From NCBI GenBank assembly GCA_010015585.1, contig ML975163.1: a stretch of DNA of 64,000 bases; one strand, given 5' to 3'. The notes beneath the pieces were generated by a model that had not been told where the DNA came from, ran no database searches, and saw nothing but the letters and a program-made list of their open reading frames with translations. The position numbers were made by a program, and so were the translations under genes. Each line of letters starts with the position of its first letter. The first letter of the stretch is position 1. This stretch comes from Eremomyces bilateralis CBS 781.70. Its lineage: Eukaryota. Shown one piece after another: positions 14,359 through 30,842 of this stretch.

Positions 14359-14869
14359 GGGAAAGCGTAACTGGTGAGCGATATTTAGCATTTGATGGCA
14401 TGGGATGTGGTACGGCGTTGCGGACATTGCGGGCATAATTATTGTGTATCAAACACATCCAAGCGTGTATGCTTCCAGTGGAAGGTTTCTTGGACGTATT
14501 GACTGGCTGGATCTGACACTGAAGGTAGGATTTCGGCGCCTTAATATTTCATCATAAAAATAATCGAATGAAAGACATTTAAGTTCAAACGATCGCGCCA
14601 GATATTGACCAAAGCAGAACAATTTTCCCACCTCATGCTGCATGCTGCTAGAGCTTATTTAAAGGCAAGATATTTATGCAGGCCAGAATATGAATTCAAG
14701 ACCGAAACATCAACGACACACCCTGACATGCCAATCGACCGCCTGGTATCCTTCAGAAGCTAAATTTCATCTGCCCTCACTGCAACGCCTGTACCACATC
14801 CGCGTCGTATACGTCATAACCTGCAATGTGCCCCCTTTAAAACGTCCGCTCATTCCCGCCACGGTCGAA

Positions 14870-15466
14870 TCACATGTACCTCGACAACTCCTCGTGCCCA
14901 AAAGCCTTATACGCAATATCCTGCAGATGCTCCGGCCGACACGACGACCCACTGAGGACGGCATCGTATCCCACCCCCACCTCCCCGTCCCCGGATCCCA
15001 CCAGCGGCGTCTGAACGACTACGAGCAACGACGGCACCTCCGACCCCAGCTCGGTCGTGACCTGCTGCGCGAACTGCTTCTGCTTCTCCGAATCCGTTTT
15101 GGACGTCAGACTGCACGCAAGGACCACGATGACGGCGCCGGCCTCCGCGAGGAATTCGCGGTGGATGTCGCGCATCCCGATGGACGGCACGTAGGGTACA
15201 TGGCGCACTTTTGGGTGGAAGCCGCTTAAGGCGCGGCCGAGGGGTTCGAAGGGGTCCATGTCGGGAATTGGGCCGGGGATGGCGGGGGATAGTAGGAGCA
15301 GGATGTCGGAGGAGGATAGCGTCGAGAGGACCGAGGCGCTGGCTTCATATGGGGACTTGTACTCCGACATGTTGGCGGTATGCAGGAGATTGGTGATTTG
15401 AATGCGGAGCGAAGAGTCGAAAGTAGAGTCGCCTGGTGCAACTGCGGGTGACTTGATTCGGCCCAT
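14870..15466 (-). CDS. Hypothetical protein resembling the C-terminal domain of fungal GH3 beta-N-acetylglucosaminidases
   Basis: 198-aa ORF with biased codon usage and the motif LLLSPAIP...DPFEPLGRALSGFHPKVRHVPY. The family call is from memory of the motif. Confidence 0.5.
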   Translation of the reverse strand: MGRIKSPAVAPGDSTFDSSLRIQITNLLHTANMSEYKSPYEASASVLSTLSSSDILLLLSPAIPGPIPDMDPFEPLGRALSGFHPKVRHVPYVPSIGMRDIHREFLAEAGAVIVVLACSLTSKTDSEKQKQFAQQVTTELGSEVPSLLVVVQTPLVGSGDGEVGVGYDAVLSGSSCRPEHLQDIAYKAFGHEELSRYM

Positions 15467-17489
15467 AGTACCAAATCTTTCCTAGCTCTTATAGTATACT
15501 TCTCTTTGCCACGATGACACTTGATGGAGTGGTGATCAGACGCGGAGCAGCTGAGGCGACTGGAGAGCTATGATTGGTGAAAGAGAAGTCCGGCGACCTG
15601 CGTATTCAAGCCCGACTCAGGATTCCCTCTGAACAAGGAGAGGTCCGTATATCAGTCATGCAACAGTAATGCCGTCCGCGAGTCAGGTGCACCCTCAACA
15701 AAGATTCTCGGTCAGGAAGCGTCAAATGATAGTTCAAACGTATTGCTTTCGTCAGGACTAGCTAAAAGAAAGCAGAGGATTGAGGGGGAGCATTGAAATA
15801 TCTGTATATACCTCCCTCTGCAAGAATATCGAATCAATGCTCCCCACCCTCTGGTTGTACTGCGCAGGATTCGCAATTCCTTCACTTCACAATTGGTTCA
15901 TATCGGTGCAATGCACACCGAATGTCGTTAGACTGCTTCACAGGACAGTGGGCTGACCAGTAATGAGCAAAGATTGAACATTGGAATCACACAAAATGTC
16001 TCTGACGCATTCAAGAAAGACGGGATCAAGTTACACCATAACTGAATGGAGTGACAGAACCTGCAAATAATGGCACACAACAAGGTCTCGACTGATATCG
16101 AGACGGGTTTGCCGACGACGTATTGAGGATTCGCGGGGAGAAGGCAGGATCTGCCTTGAGTAACCCATGCGAATCGGACTCAGACATCGCCCTCGGAAGC
16201 CTGCAGAACGTGGAGGTGTCCATTGTACGGAAATCATAGTCATGGCGGGAAGCTGCAGCCTTGGTACCAAACCTACCTATCGTTTGATCGAGTCGCCATA
16301 CATCCAACGGTTCGCAGCCGCAGCGGCCCGTCATGGCCCTTTCGTTGCCGCCGTGCGCGATGGCAAAGCCAGATGATGCAGGCGGAGAGATCCCCACCGG
16401 GCGTGCAGCGGAAGCGCGTTCGAGCTGATGGGCTCAGGGTCCGGTGGTCGATCTCCATGATGCAGGCATTGGGAATGGAATTTGGCACGAAAGGATAGAA
16501 TCAGCAGATGAAGACGGACGGGATTGGATTCCAAAAGGCCGCGATGCGAGAAACATCGGCGTCGTACCACATCGAGTCCGGAACCGGTCAACAGTTGAAG
16601 TTGGACGACCTTGAGGCAGAGAGTTCCTGGATCCATAATGCAGAGTGATAGCTGCGGGACGTATGGATGTCTATTGGCCTCCTGCAACGCATATGCGCGG
16701 ACATTTCGAGATGTTGAATGCTAGTTGGGCATCCGGATGTCCTTTGGTAGGGTTGCAAGCGGTGATTTTATCGAGTACAGCAGATGTGAAACATGTGGTC
16801 TCATCCTTGTAGATACTGCTCGAGATCAGATTCAATGGATCAAGTGAGAAAATGGAGATGTATGATCTATCACATTTAGTTGGCAGTTGAAGACTTGAAG
16901 TTCGTTCATTCAGCACTATGAGGGTTGGAGACAGACTGACAGTGGAGTACGTTAGACTTATCACGTGCTTTCCCCACAGTCCCAGTACCCCCAGAGGACC
17001 CTTTGCTGTTCAGACGGAATCCCCGCATCATCGTTCCATCAGACAGCACAATGGAGATGTTTTGAATTTTGATATTGACCCGTTCATCATCCGTATGCAT
17101 CCCGTATGCATCCTGTATGCATCAAATTTTCAAATTCGCTTCCCCAGCCCTCTCGTTAATGACCAATTTTAGTTGCAGTATCTTGTCCTACCCTCCAACA
17201 AATTCATCACACTTCACACTTCACACTTCACAGCAATTGTTTGTGCACGGACCTCCCTAACTGTCCGCCGAAGACAAGGATTCGCCGTTTATCGATAAGC
17301 GTGAGATCGTTGGGCTCCTTCAGTTAGTTCAGTACGGTCTTCCAACAGCATCATCACTGTCTGTCATTGTCACTTCGTTGAATGCAAGTTTGCGATCTTA
17401 TCCCACGTAACACATCCTCACGGCCCGCTTTCCTACTAGCTTTGGCCCCGCACCGTCCTTCTCCCTAAAAATATCAGTATGGGACCAGG

Positions 17490-19888
17490 ATGATGGTTTC
17501 TCGAGAGATCGGACGGCAGTTCAAGGAGTTATCAGTAACTCCCACAAATAGGCAAACTACATCTAGTCGAGTAAGTGTTGCTGTTCCATCTTGCCAATTC
17601 CGTCATAGACATTTGTGCTTCGTTAGCTTTCCTGCTTGTTATTGAAATCATGGAGACGTGGGAAGCTTCGTTTGGTACAAATCCGGATCTTTTGGCACTT
17701 CAAAAGTTCCCGTTCCGATCCATTGGTCCCACGTGTCAACGGGAGTCTAACTGAAGCCAGTTCCCGTCAGAAGATGCTCGGAGTGATCTAAGGAAGCTGT
17801 TGCCGTGGAGATGCAATCTGACAGCCCTCGCACAATCCCATGATTACTACCTGGTCGCCTGTGCTGCAGAGGTCGAGGTATACAAACCGACCTTCCCAGC
17901 CCATGGCTTGCCCGGCCAGCTTTCTTGGGTAGTTGATCTTCCGAAGTCAAGTCCTGGAATTACCGGAACCATTGATGCACTGAGGCCGCATTCTGTCAAT
18001 TACCTGATCATCGACTATCTGGGCAACAAGGAGGTAGTCCTGGTAGCGTGCGACGATGGAGACGTCCTGGGCTACTACATCGATGATATCCATCTTCAAA
18101 TTTTGCAATCCGGCGAGAACCGGGGTGGTCGCAACCCTAACGACTACAGGGTTCGTCCGTTCTTCCATAAAAATGTTGGGATGAGCGCCTGGGGTCTTGC
18201 CATTCACTCGGTTGCTCGCATGATAGCCGTTAGCTCCAATACTCATAGGCTTGTCGTCTATTGGTTTGGGTTGGACGGCAACGATATGATCCATCGAAAA
18301 GAGAAACGGCTTGAGCTTCCTGATTCCGGCGAGAACTTGCCTACGGTGAATTTCTGCAACACCGGGGATGACCCGGACGGAGAATGGCTCCTTTCCGGAA
18401 GTATCGGGAACTGGATGATGGTCTGGAACACCCGCACCGCGACTCTCTATAAAAAAGCCCAGCTCGCATTCTGCAAGGATCGGAAGCTCGACGGCAGTTG
18501 TGCATGCGGCGGGAAGAGCGCATACCCGCATGCAATATGGGGTACATACTGGTTGGATCGGCGATCTTTCCGCAGGATCAACCCACCGTCGTTCTCCAAA
18601 GCGCTAGGGCTCCAAAAGCGAGACTTTAGTGACAAGGATTTCCCAACGGACTTTTGGGATATCAGTGCTTCCCGCAAGGAAGTCATCGATGCGAGCGAGC
18701 GGTACGACGGCAGGGCGAACTTCGCCAACGTACAAGCACCTATGTCACCCGTTGAAGATGTTTCTGACGATGACGACGACGGGGCATATTCCGATGCGGA
18801 CAGTACCCTTAGCGACGATCTTGGCACAGATATGGCAGATGACGGTTCGGCGTCTGATATTGAACCTTCCATGTCTGGTGGAGCAGGAGGTCCCGCATCG
18901 TCAGTCCAATACCATGAACACCCAATGCAGGATCACAACACCGAGCTAGTGGACCCGATGTCGGATTGGTTCACTCCCGCTCGGCCTCTGCAAAGGTCTC
19001 TAGATGGGTAAGTCCTGAGCGTTTCCTTTAGATTCATCCAGTTTTCAGCTTTTCTCCTAGATTTTGCCTCTACCTAGCCCTTTAAAGGGGCCTTATATTT
19101 CTACTCATCCTAACTGCGTTCCCACCAGGTCTATTCCATTCCTTGAGATCATCCCGCCATCACGGTCAAACGTGGAACAAATGCTATTTCCTCCGGAAGC
19201 CCCGATTCTCCACCTCTCTTCCAAAGACATTTTCATCATGCAGCCACAGGTAGCGAAGATTTCCTCGAAGCGGCCACCATTCCACAACAAGCGCCAGTCA
19301 ATGGATGCGATCTCTGAGTTCGATCACAAGAACTACTATCCAGTCGTTGGAGCGCACGACCCGCTCTTCCAGGAAATCAAATCTGCCATTGCACCCACGT
19401 TTTATTCTCACGTCTTCAGTCAAACTGACCGAATGAACCTTCACGCATTTATTCCCGACCTGGGAGTCATCTGCATTGCCAGCGGGAAAGGACGTGTGGC
19501 TGTTTGCACACTGACGCAGATGGACGTCTTTTCTTCCGGGGCGCGCCTTAAGAAGCTGCGGGAGAGCAATGCGGACGCGAAATTACAAGCCCGATATGCG
19601 GGTTGGGAGGGTACGAAAACCGTCTACGGGTTTCGGCTCGACCACATCCTTCCTTTTGCCAGTCAGGAAGAGAAGTGTGAACGCCCTGAACACATCCTGA
19701 TCGGGATTGCCGTGGGTCCCATCCCTGGAAGTGGGTGGCAGCGGGAACCAGGCCACACGCCGTCGGGCCTACATGGCAATGGTTGCAAGCGGTGGCGGCT
19801 CATCCTCACCTGGATGAACCACTCCATCCTAAGCTACGAAATTCGACGAGGGGAGGAAGATGAGGGCGTGCAGATCCTGTCTCTTTGA
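17490..19888 (+). CDS. CRT10: CRT10-family protein, multi-exon (start uncertain)
   Basis: PWRCNLTALAQ, HSVNYLIIDYLGNKEVVLVACDDGDV, VGMSAWGLAIH...RMIAVSSN, and C-terminal RMNLHAFIPDLGVICIASGKGRVA and RWRLILTW. Confidence 0.8.
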
Positions 19889-20140
19889 AATGTTTTTCTT
19901 GCGTTCGCCTCAGCGTTTGCACTGATTTGGCGTCTTGGACTTGCATGATACCAGGGGAGCGCGTATTCAACGAGGATGACTTGACGAGAAATGTAACATA
20001 CGACCTCCCGCGGTTATGAACTGCACGATACCTTCGAGGAGCAGGCTCCTACCTAGCTGTGCTGGGTAAAAATGATATGCCCCTTTGAGCAACACGTCTA
20101 TTCCAATCTCCAAGTGAATTCCAGTCCAATACGTGAGATT

Positions 20141-20920
20141 TCAACCTCGTTTGTCCTTTGACGAACCAGCCAACCAACCGGCCATGTCGAAATTTTGAAT
20201 TTGCGATGCAGTATCAGATGGTGAGCTAGCAGGCTTTTCGCGTCGCTGCTTCTGCATTGCTTCGAATTCGGCTTTCGTCTCGGGATCCACTAGGGTGCAT
20301 GTGTTAGATACCGCGGTCACCGCACCGAGATGGGGATAGTCAGGTAGACGTACTGTTGTTCATAATCCACGGGAGCCCGCCGATGACGAGAAGCGAGAAC
20401 AATGACATCAAGATCATCGGGTTCTTGAAGAATGATAACAGAGAAACTGCAGCGTCGTCAGTAATCAGCCAACTACTCCGCGGTTGGGAAATGTGCACTC
20501 ACATCCACCACGGCTCTGATAGTACTCATTCGACCCCAACGCCCTGATATCCACCGTCACATCCTTCCCCGCGCCCCTCAACTCCCCTTTGTTATCCCAC
20601 GCGTTTCCGCGGAACGTCTGCCACACCTGGACTGTCTCCTCGTCCGCTTCTCCACTCACATCCACCCTCAGCGGCTCGAACGCATAGTCGCGACAATACA
20701 CGGATAGGAGATATGACCCGGGCTCGAGGCTTCCGAATTCGAAGGTGTTGCGGCTGGTGAGCGGCGCGGTGAGCGAGGGGCCGGAGGAATGTAGGATGGC
20801 GTAGGTTGATGAGGAGAGGCTGGCGGGTTGGGGGATCTGGGCGGATGCGGGGATGGAGATGGCAAGCCGGGAGGCTACGGAGAGGGGAATTATACTCGCG
20901 AGGAGAGTGAAGAATTGCAT
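20141..20920 (-). CDS. EMC7: ER membrane protein complex subunit 7 (DUF2012)
   Basis: Signal peptide; GSYLLSVYCRDYAFEPLRVDV, VWQTFRGNAWDNKGE; later exons FFKNPMILMSLFS and DPETKAEFEAMQK...NFDMAGWLAG. Confidence 0.88.
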
Positions 20921-21145
20921 TTTGGCGGCTATGGTGGAGATGTTGAACTTAGGCTTCTTCATCTTAAACGGAGATGGAATATGAATATTGCATATATGGT
21001 TTCTAGAGCCCGCCGGATGGATCTGGTCTTTGACGTTGATATTTGGGAAAGCGAGAAAGCAGGCTGTGAAGCGTGATAATAGGCGCCTAGTAAGATCTCA
21101 CATTAATATAAGTTCTATTCGGATCGATCAAGTGATCCATATTGA

Positions 21146-22320
21146 TTATATCTCGTCTTCTTCTTCATCGAAGTCATCCTCAACACCCATGTCATAGATA
21201 ATGCGACCACCTTGTCCCACTCCCTCATCCCTTTGCGCATCAAAGTATGGGAGCACCACGCCTTCACGCTCCCTCTTCTGTCTTTCCGTGAGCCCCAAAT
21301 CAAACGTTAGCCCCTCCACGTTTTCCTCGCCGCGTGGTTCCCCATCCGGCTTGGCCACCAAATCGTGATATAGAGGCCAATCATCCAGTAGCATGATCGT
21401 TTCCTTCTGCGACCCCGGGCCTATCCGCTTCGTCTTCGCCGCCGAATCCGGCGCTTCCACCGCCGCTGGACGTGCAGAAACGGCGTAGGGTAAGAAATAC
21501 CACTCGATGATCTCGCGGCCGCTCTTTCGCCGATGCTCCACCTCGAGCACGGCGCCGCGCCGGTCATTGCTGCCCAGGCCCGCGACGACGCCCTCGACGG
21601 ACTCGGAGAGCCCGAAAGATGGCTCGGCGAGCGATCGGTTCTTTGAGGCGCGACGGGCCAGCTGCTGGGCCGGGGAGTGGACCGTGATGATGGTGGTGGC
21701 CAGGTAGGTTAGGAGGCTGAATGGAGAGGGGGCATAGGATTGGAGGAGCGATGACTGGAGACCGCTTGAGGAACGCTGGGCAGGGATATCGAGGTGATAT
21801 ATGCCCAGTAGATTGACCTGAGGCGCTATCAAGGAGCCTAAGAATCCAGAGAGCTGCTCTGAGACGGTGGCACTCAGGGCATTGAGGGAGTCGATGACTA
21901 GCAGAGTTCCTGGGCAAATTAATAAGGCGAAAAGCAACCAGAGGCGGTGCAAAGGGTCGTACTCGTAGATGGACTTGCCGATATAATTGACAATACCTCC
22001 TTTCTGATCCCATCCATGCTCTTTCCGACGCAATCGATAAATGCATCCACATTCCGCGGGCATCGCAAGGTACCGAACGCAAGAAACGCAATCCGTAGCC
22101 TCCCACTCTGAATTGCACGAGTTAGCCTGACTGGAATTATAGCGGGGGATTTAAGCCGTACTTTTGCCCTTGCGATCATCTCTTCAGCGACAGGAGCGGC
22201 CGACTGCTCAAGCGAGTCCAGCAGCAGCGTGAATGGCGAGACATTGTCGCGGCAGCTGAAGAGCCTCGAGATCAGCAGAAGGTTATGAGTCCTTCGATGT
22301 GATAGTTGGCTTATGGGCAT
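21146..22320 (-). CDS. ELP5: Elongator complex subunit Elp5/Iki1
   Basis: N-terminal HRRTHNLLLISRL...SPFTLLLDSLEQ; C-terminal TFDLGLTERQKREREGVVLPYFDAQ...GGRIIYDMGVEDDFDEEEDEI. Confidence 0.9.
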
Positions 22321-22660
22321 TTACAATTCTGGGTATGTCCCGAAGTTATCAATTTATCTGGTGTTTTGAACAATGTAGAAAACGTGAAGTATTATCTCAG
22401 CGATAGCTGGAGCTGAAGGACCAAACGTTAGGGTCGCCTTTACACCTCAGGTCCCATAAATTGGCTCGAGAATTGAACCACTGGATATCGGTACTATCTT
22501 CCACCAATGTCTAGAGATGGGATCATTAACCTCAACCAACAACATAGAGTTACGGAGTCGCGAAAATTACACCATAGGATTAGGTACACAAAGGCTACAG
22601 TGAGAATGACTCTTGTACTAGCAAACGGGCAGTGAACTACAGGCTGCAATTATGGCAGCT

Positions 22661-23655
22661 TTAGTCCATGTCCTCATACTCGTCCTCATATTCGTCCTCA
22701 TCCTCATCCTCATCCTCGTCCCCGTCCTCGTCCCCCTCGTTCTCCTTGTCTTTATTCTCCTTGTCGTCTTTTGTTTTTTTCTCCTTCTTCGCTTTAATGT
22801 TTGCCCAACCCCTCGCTGTCTCATCTGTCGGGATTACCCTAATCGTGATGATCGCCACATATTCTGTTGTGGAGCTGATTTTATCGGTTGACTTTCTGCC
22901 GGCCTCGCCCTTATTCCCCTGATTGCCCTTGCCGCCCTTCCCGCTCTGTACTGCTGCAGGTGAATCTTTTACTACCTCGCCCCCTTGTCCCTCACCCTTG
23001 TCTGGCCAATATCCGTGCCGAACTTGTCTGCCAATCTTCTCATGCTCCTGAAAAGCGGCGGTCGCTCTCACTTCCTCGCGCGTGCATAGGCGACCAATGT
23101 AGCTGGGTTGTACCGGCCGGCGTTCACCTGATCGCCCACCATTCGGCAGTCAGGCCTGAAGGAGGTATTGTATAGGGCATGTCCAGTGGGAGCTGATACC
23201 TCGTCCCACCCTTTCCCACCACCTCGTGGAACTGGAGCGAGTAGGGACGTCAGCTCAGCCTGTTGGGCGGGATTCAAAGTGGTCCATGCTAGGTTGTGTT
23301 TGAGGATGTCGTTGATACCGATACTGCTGTCTTTGGCCAGAATTCCACTGGTCCGCAGAGCCCGTATAAAGGCGGTGTGTTCCACCCACCTCTGCCCATT
23401 TTCACGTTCCAACTGCTCTTGCGAAAGCTGTCCATTGGCCCCATCCGCTGGCTTCTCGTTTCCTACTTTTTGCTTCTTAGCCGCTAGTTCGTCTTCTCTA
23501 TTATTTTCCCTCGCGTGTTTTTTATTTGAGCTCTCTTGTCCATTATTCGTATTGGACCCGTTGAGGCCTACCATGGCTTCGTCGTCTGGTACTTGCGTGG
23601 CCTCTGGGCGATTGATCGGAGCAAGGAATCCAGCCCAAACGGAACGAATTGACAT
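22661..23655 (-). pseudogene. ASX-homology (DEUBAD) domain protein with an apparent frameshift near 23070
   Basis: ILKHNLAWTTLNPAQQAELTSLL...FRPDCRMVGDQVNAGRYNP ends at a TGA, but the domain-like continuation (VRATAAFQEHEK...YWPDK) and an acidic tail lie in another frame. Confidence 0.55.
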
Positions 23656-24431
23656 GAGGTCGCTAAGATTGACTTATACTACGATTCATGCGATGTTGGG
23701 ATTGTACTTGGTAAAAGAAGGACAAAGGGCAAAAGGAGATCTCTTGTATGGTATGTTGGCTTTCTGCAAGCGAATAGAGCCCGTGGAGACAAAGGGGAAG
23801 ACATAAAGAATCAAACCAATTCTGCAATAGACTCGCCATGGGATTTGGGGAATTCAAATAAACCCGAAGGTCCAATCGTTGTACCAATTTGTCTTCCCCT
23901 ATTCGTGGTTAATAATGACGGTTGAGTTGCCTGATCCGTCCCATACTGCAGAAGGCCATTTGCAAATGGGCGGTTGAAAGCATGGGACCACCCAAAGTAG
24001 AAGACCATAATTAGTGGAAAGATTGACCAATGCCATTGTTAGAACAAAAGGTACTGTATTAGGATAGATGGTCCATTCAGTTACAGGCTCAATTTGATGA
24101 AAGGTTGAGGTAGAGTCTGAACGCTCGGTGTCAAAGTTGCACGTGGCGGTACCTGCCTGTCCGGTCGCATCTCTACCACCGACTCGCCGAGCCAGTGAGA
24201 CCACATCCAACGACTTCCAAACTCAGGTAGTTACGTATTTCGTATAACTAACTATTATTACACTTAGTAGCCTGGATTTGATGCCACATCAGTCATACCG
24301 CAGGATCCCATTTTCTATTCGTGATCCTCGTGTCTGTGTCTCACTTGTTCCACGTCCATAACTTCATCCTCCTACGAAAACCACGACTCACGGCTAACAT
24401 CAAAAGTTGCTATCGCAACAATTCGTCTACC

Positions 24432-25298
24432 ATGATCCGTTCAACACAAATCGTCCGTTTGGATGGTATGTCCTGTTCCAAATTCTATATATATATGGTC
24501 CTGTACTAACACAACATCTGTTCTAAGGCCTTATACTAGCGGCATCAGTCGACAATGAGCAGGTAGCTTGCCCTGGAAGCTCCTTGCATCCGATACAATG
24601 CTTACTATTGTCCAGTCGCAAAACGAACTCGGAGAAGTCAAGAACAACGTGAAGAAGATCCTACGGCGCCTGAACAAGAACGCGGCACCGCAGGCCACGA
24701 TCGAATGCGGGCAATACACGCTCCAGTATGTATCCGCACCGCTGGCGATCAGCGCCGTCCTCCGTTAATTCTCAACAGCTACCTCATCCACGACAACGTC
24801 ATCTACCTCTGCATATGCGAGCGATCCTACCCGCGGAAGCTCGCCTTTACCTATCTCTCCGACATCCAAGGCGAATTCACCAACACCTACCCCGCGCAGC
24901 AGTACCTCTCTGCCAACCTGCGACCGTACGCGTTCGTCGAGTTCGACACCTTCATCCAGAAGACCATCAAAACGTACCAGGACGCGCGGGCGTCGCAGAA
25001 CCTCGACAAGCTGAATAGCGAGCTGCAGGACGTGACGAAGGTGATGACGAAGAATATCGAGGATCTACTGTATCGGGGGGACAGCTTGGAGCGGATGGGG
25101 GACATGAGCTCGCGGCTGCGGGACGATAGCTTGAAGTATAAGAAGGCGGCGATGCGGATTAATTGGGAGTTGCTGTTGAAGCAGGTGCGTATGGAATCGG
25201 CAGGTTACGGGCCGGTCGGCTAACTTGGAACGCAGTATGGCCCGATAGCAGGACTGGGGCTTATCATGATCATCTTCATCTGGTGGCGCTTCTTCTGA
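24432..25298 (+). CDS. SEC22: Longin R-SNARE Sec22
   Basis: MIRSTQIVRLDG; CERSYPRKLAFTYL; RPYAFVEFDTFIQK; NLDKLNSELQDVTKVMTKNIEDLLYRGDSLERM; C-terminal TM segment; four introns. Confidence 0.95.
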
Positions 25299-25954
25299 TC
25301 GCGCACCATCCTCTCGAATGTTGGAGAGACACCCTCACCTAACCCTTCCCGACCGAGCTCTCCTGAGCAGCGCTCTATCGCGAGCCGTGGAAGCGCGACA
25401 GACACATAGGTTCGGGAGGTCGTCCTGTTGAGACGTGCATCGCACCAGATCCGAGCAGGATGCTCACCATGTATGCGGACGCTACGAGCCGAATGGTCTT
25501 TAGACGAGAGGACAGATCCCCTCCACATCCGAGAATTCTCCGACTGTATCGATAACTTGGGGAAGCGGGGCGTTGGTGTTGGGTAGTTATTGGAGGGATG
25601 CGAGGCTTGCGGTCGCCAACCACGGGGCCTGCCATGGGGCACATGATGTGTATGAATACCGTATGGTTTATAATTAAAGGAGCAACCCTAGTCTTATAGT
25701 TCGCTGTACAAATTTCTGGCTACCTTATAGATGCCAGATCTACATTGTTCGCTGTTCATTTCAGGATTAACCGTGCCTAGATCCAGGTTAAATGGTTGGC
25801 CACTATAATTGCTAAGAACTGCTTGGCATTCGAAAGTTGCTATCATGAAATCGACTTGGTCATTCTTGATTCCGCTAAACGACACTGGAATATTATCAAA
25901 GGGAGAAAGTCGCTACCCACAACCATCCAGTGGTGGAATTAACCCTTCCATCCC

Positions 25955-28309
<2,355 letters not shown>

Positions 28310-29987
28310 TTACAGGGCTTATATAGCTGGTGGGTATGAAGACTTGAAGAGGCATGCCGGTGAAATTGCCCCGCGTATCGGCAACTGCAGCCTGTGGAAT
28401 CTGTTTTCCATAAGCTTCCTACGTGATTCGTCAGCCCCGCAGTTCTAGATGTTACACTCACTTGCAAACGCGCTGGTCGTCCAGGGTCCGGTTTATCAAT
28501 GGGTGCATCGGGAAAAGGGACCGGAAAGGGTTTGGTCCCTGAATATTGGAGTCCAACGGAGAGGATTAGAGGAGCTTTTAGTCCGTATTTAGCTGTTTAC
28601 TACGTAGACATTTGCTAACTTATAGCGGTACAGAATAATGAAGGTCACAGTAATGGTATTTTGCACCATGTCATCATGCTTGAATAATTCTCTTTCCCGT
28701 GGATTCACGAGGCCAGGAAGTACTGGTAGACAGAACTCAGAAGCCTGCACTGCTTGGTTCTTCATTCCTATACAATGTTGGAGTACCGGTGATACAATGT
28801 ATTGCTTATTTGGAACCAGCTTATGCTATGAACTCTCCAGTGCCCCTCCCCCTCCTCCAGAGGGAAATCCGGATGTTACAGGGCCGAAGCACAACCTTGG
28901 TGGAAAACTAGAGTAGTTCCAGGATTAGACCCAGAGGACAAATCAGATGCGTTTGATAGGTTGCTTGATCCCTGCCAACATCATCGCGGCGATCAAAGGG
29001 TATCGCACGCGATATCACTCAATAAGATGAAAAATACCGCCTGACCACCAGCAATATAGAACAGAAGAGAATTGAGACGTCAGTTAAGTGATGCCCGAAG
29101 AAGATTCCATAGTTAACAACATGAGGTTCATGATTTGAGTGCATCATTATCTGGAGATAGACCAGTGGATATATTCTCCAGAATTGGTAAGTCAGAGCGA
29201 TGTGTGGTTAATTCCCAGTCACGTGCCGGTGTGGGGTTGTGCCAAGACTTCATTGGCTGTTCTGGTCATGTAGAATTCGAACACCCCCCCCACCCCCCCC
29301 CACCTGCAAGGCCGCTTCAACCCAACGGAAATCCTAAATCCTGCCTGATCTGAATTCTGACCTCCCGTTGTCATCTCAACGATGGTGAGGCTCTTCACTT
29401 TTAGGATATGGGTGTTCGATAGTGTGTACTCGATACCTAGGCCATGAACTAGTCTATGACGTTAAATCCTTGATGGAATTCTATTGCATGGAGAGTGCTA
29501 AGCCCGGCTCGGCTTACACCCCAGGTTCTGTCTTCTGTTTCACCTTATACTTCGCCTCCATCCTTTCCAACTCTGCTCATTTAAACTGCATCATTCTAAA
29601 CCAGAAGGATTTTCCTCTGTCTATCATTATGTAGACTTTGGTCAAGTGTCTATCATGGATTGTGGCTGTATCGCCAAGTGTCTAATTATTACTATAGTGT
29701 TATTCTAGTTACTGGTCTCCTGCTCTCAGGTCATCCCTTGATCATCACCCTGGATACCGAAGATGTCGCAGGATCGCAAGTCGCAGCGAATCCTAGGAAT
29801 TAATATGTCAGGACCGAGGGGAGTTATTTTTACCTGTAGGCAGCAGATCTTTGGAAGGTTGCTCATGATAGAAACTTGCTGTTGAGTTTTGGAACCAAGT
29901 ATATTATAACATGCGTGGACCAAGCCGCTGCAATTGTTGCTCCTTGGCCCCCTTTACGCCTCGAGAATACGGATACATATTATCAAG

Positions 29988-30842
29988 ATGTTGTTCCGCC
30001 AATTCACTCTAACCGCCACCCTCTTCAGCCCGTTGATATCCTGCACCGCAGTTCCCGATACCGATTCCCAGCTTCAGAACCGCTCTCCTCAACCATTCCC
30101 GGCCGCTCTCATCCTCCCGAAGCCTCCCAAACCCCCAACCCCGGAACCACCAACTCCCAAAATCCCGAATCCTCAGACTCCCAACCTCTCACTTCTCTCA
30201 GGCGCTGGATCCCACCGACCTAGACCTCGACCCCGTCCCGACACAAAGCGCACCAGCCTCGGCGCTATCGAGCCCGGCGACGCGAACACCGATGCCAGCG
30301 CCGCGGCGGACTACGGCCGCATGAAGGACTTCGTCGATACGTTGATGACCTTGGCCGAGGTGATCGTGAACGCGGCGGCGGGGTCACCGGCGGTGAACCA
30401 GACGCTCATCCCGATACATCGGTGGAGGGTGAGGGGTTGCTCGCCGTGTCCGGCGAATGTCGCCCTGTGTCCGAAGCCGGTGGATTCGGGGATGGGGAAC
30501 AGGACGGGCAACGGGACGGGCAACGGGACGAGCAATCAGACGAGCTGGAATACCATCAGTCGCCGATTGAACGAGAGTTGCGATGCGGGTATATTGCTGA
30601 GCGACCTAACGAAAACCACCGGCTATCCCGCGGCCGCGGAGAAATGCGCCGCGGGCCTGGAAGCGTCGTATGATGACTGGTACCATTGGACGAACCCGCT
30701 GTGCTTCATTCCAAAAAACGCGCCGTACACTCCATCCCCTGCTCCTTGGACGCCTTCTATGTCAAGAGGGAGTAGTGGTTTCTCAGCTCGACAGCAACTC
30801 CCCTGGATTTTCATGACTGTTAGTCTGATTTTTGTAATATGA
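29988..30842 (+). CDS. Secreted, possibly GPI-anchored Pro/Cys-containing protein
   Basis: Signal-like N-terminus MLFRQFTLTATLFSPLISCTA, Pro-rich tract, several NxT/S sites, hydrophobic C-terminus after a Ser/Gly-rich segment. Confidence 0.6.
   Translation: MLFRQFTLTATLFSPLISCTAVPDTDSQLQNRSPQPFPAALILPKPPKPPTPEPPTPKIPNPQTPNLSLLSGAGSHRPRPRPRPDTKRTSLGAIEPGDANTDASAAADYGRMKDFVDTLMTLAEVIVNAAAGSPAVNQTLIPIHRWRVRGCSPCPANVALCPKPVDSGMGNRTGNGTGNGTSNQTSWNTISRRLNESCDAGILLSDLTKTTGYPAAAEKCAAGLEASYDDWYHWTNPLCFIPKNAPYTPSPAPWTPSMSRGSSGFSARQQLPWIFMTVSLIFVI

Noticed and set aside
15500..17300. Gene between the GH3-like ORF and CRT10
   Set aside because: Only short overlapping ORFs without coding signal.
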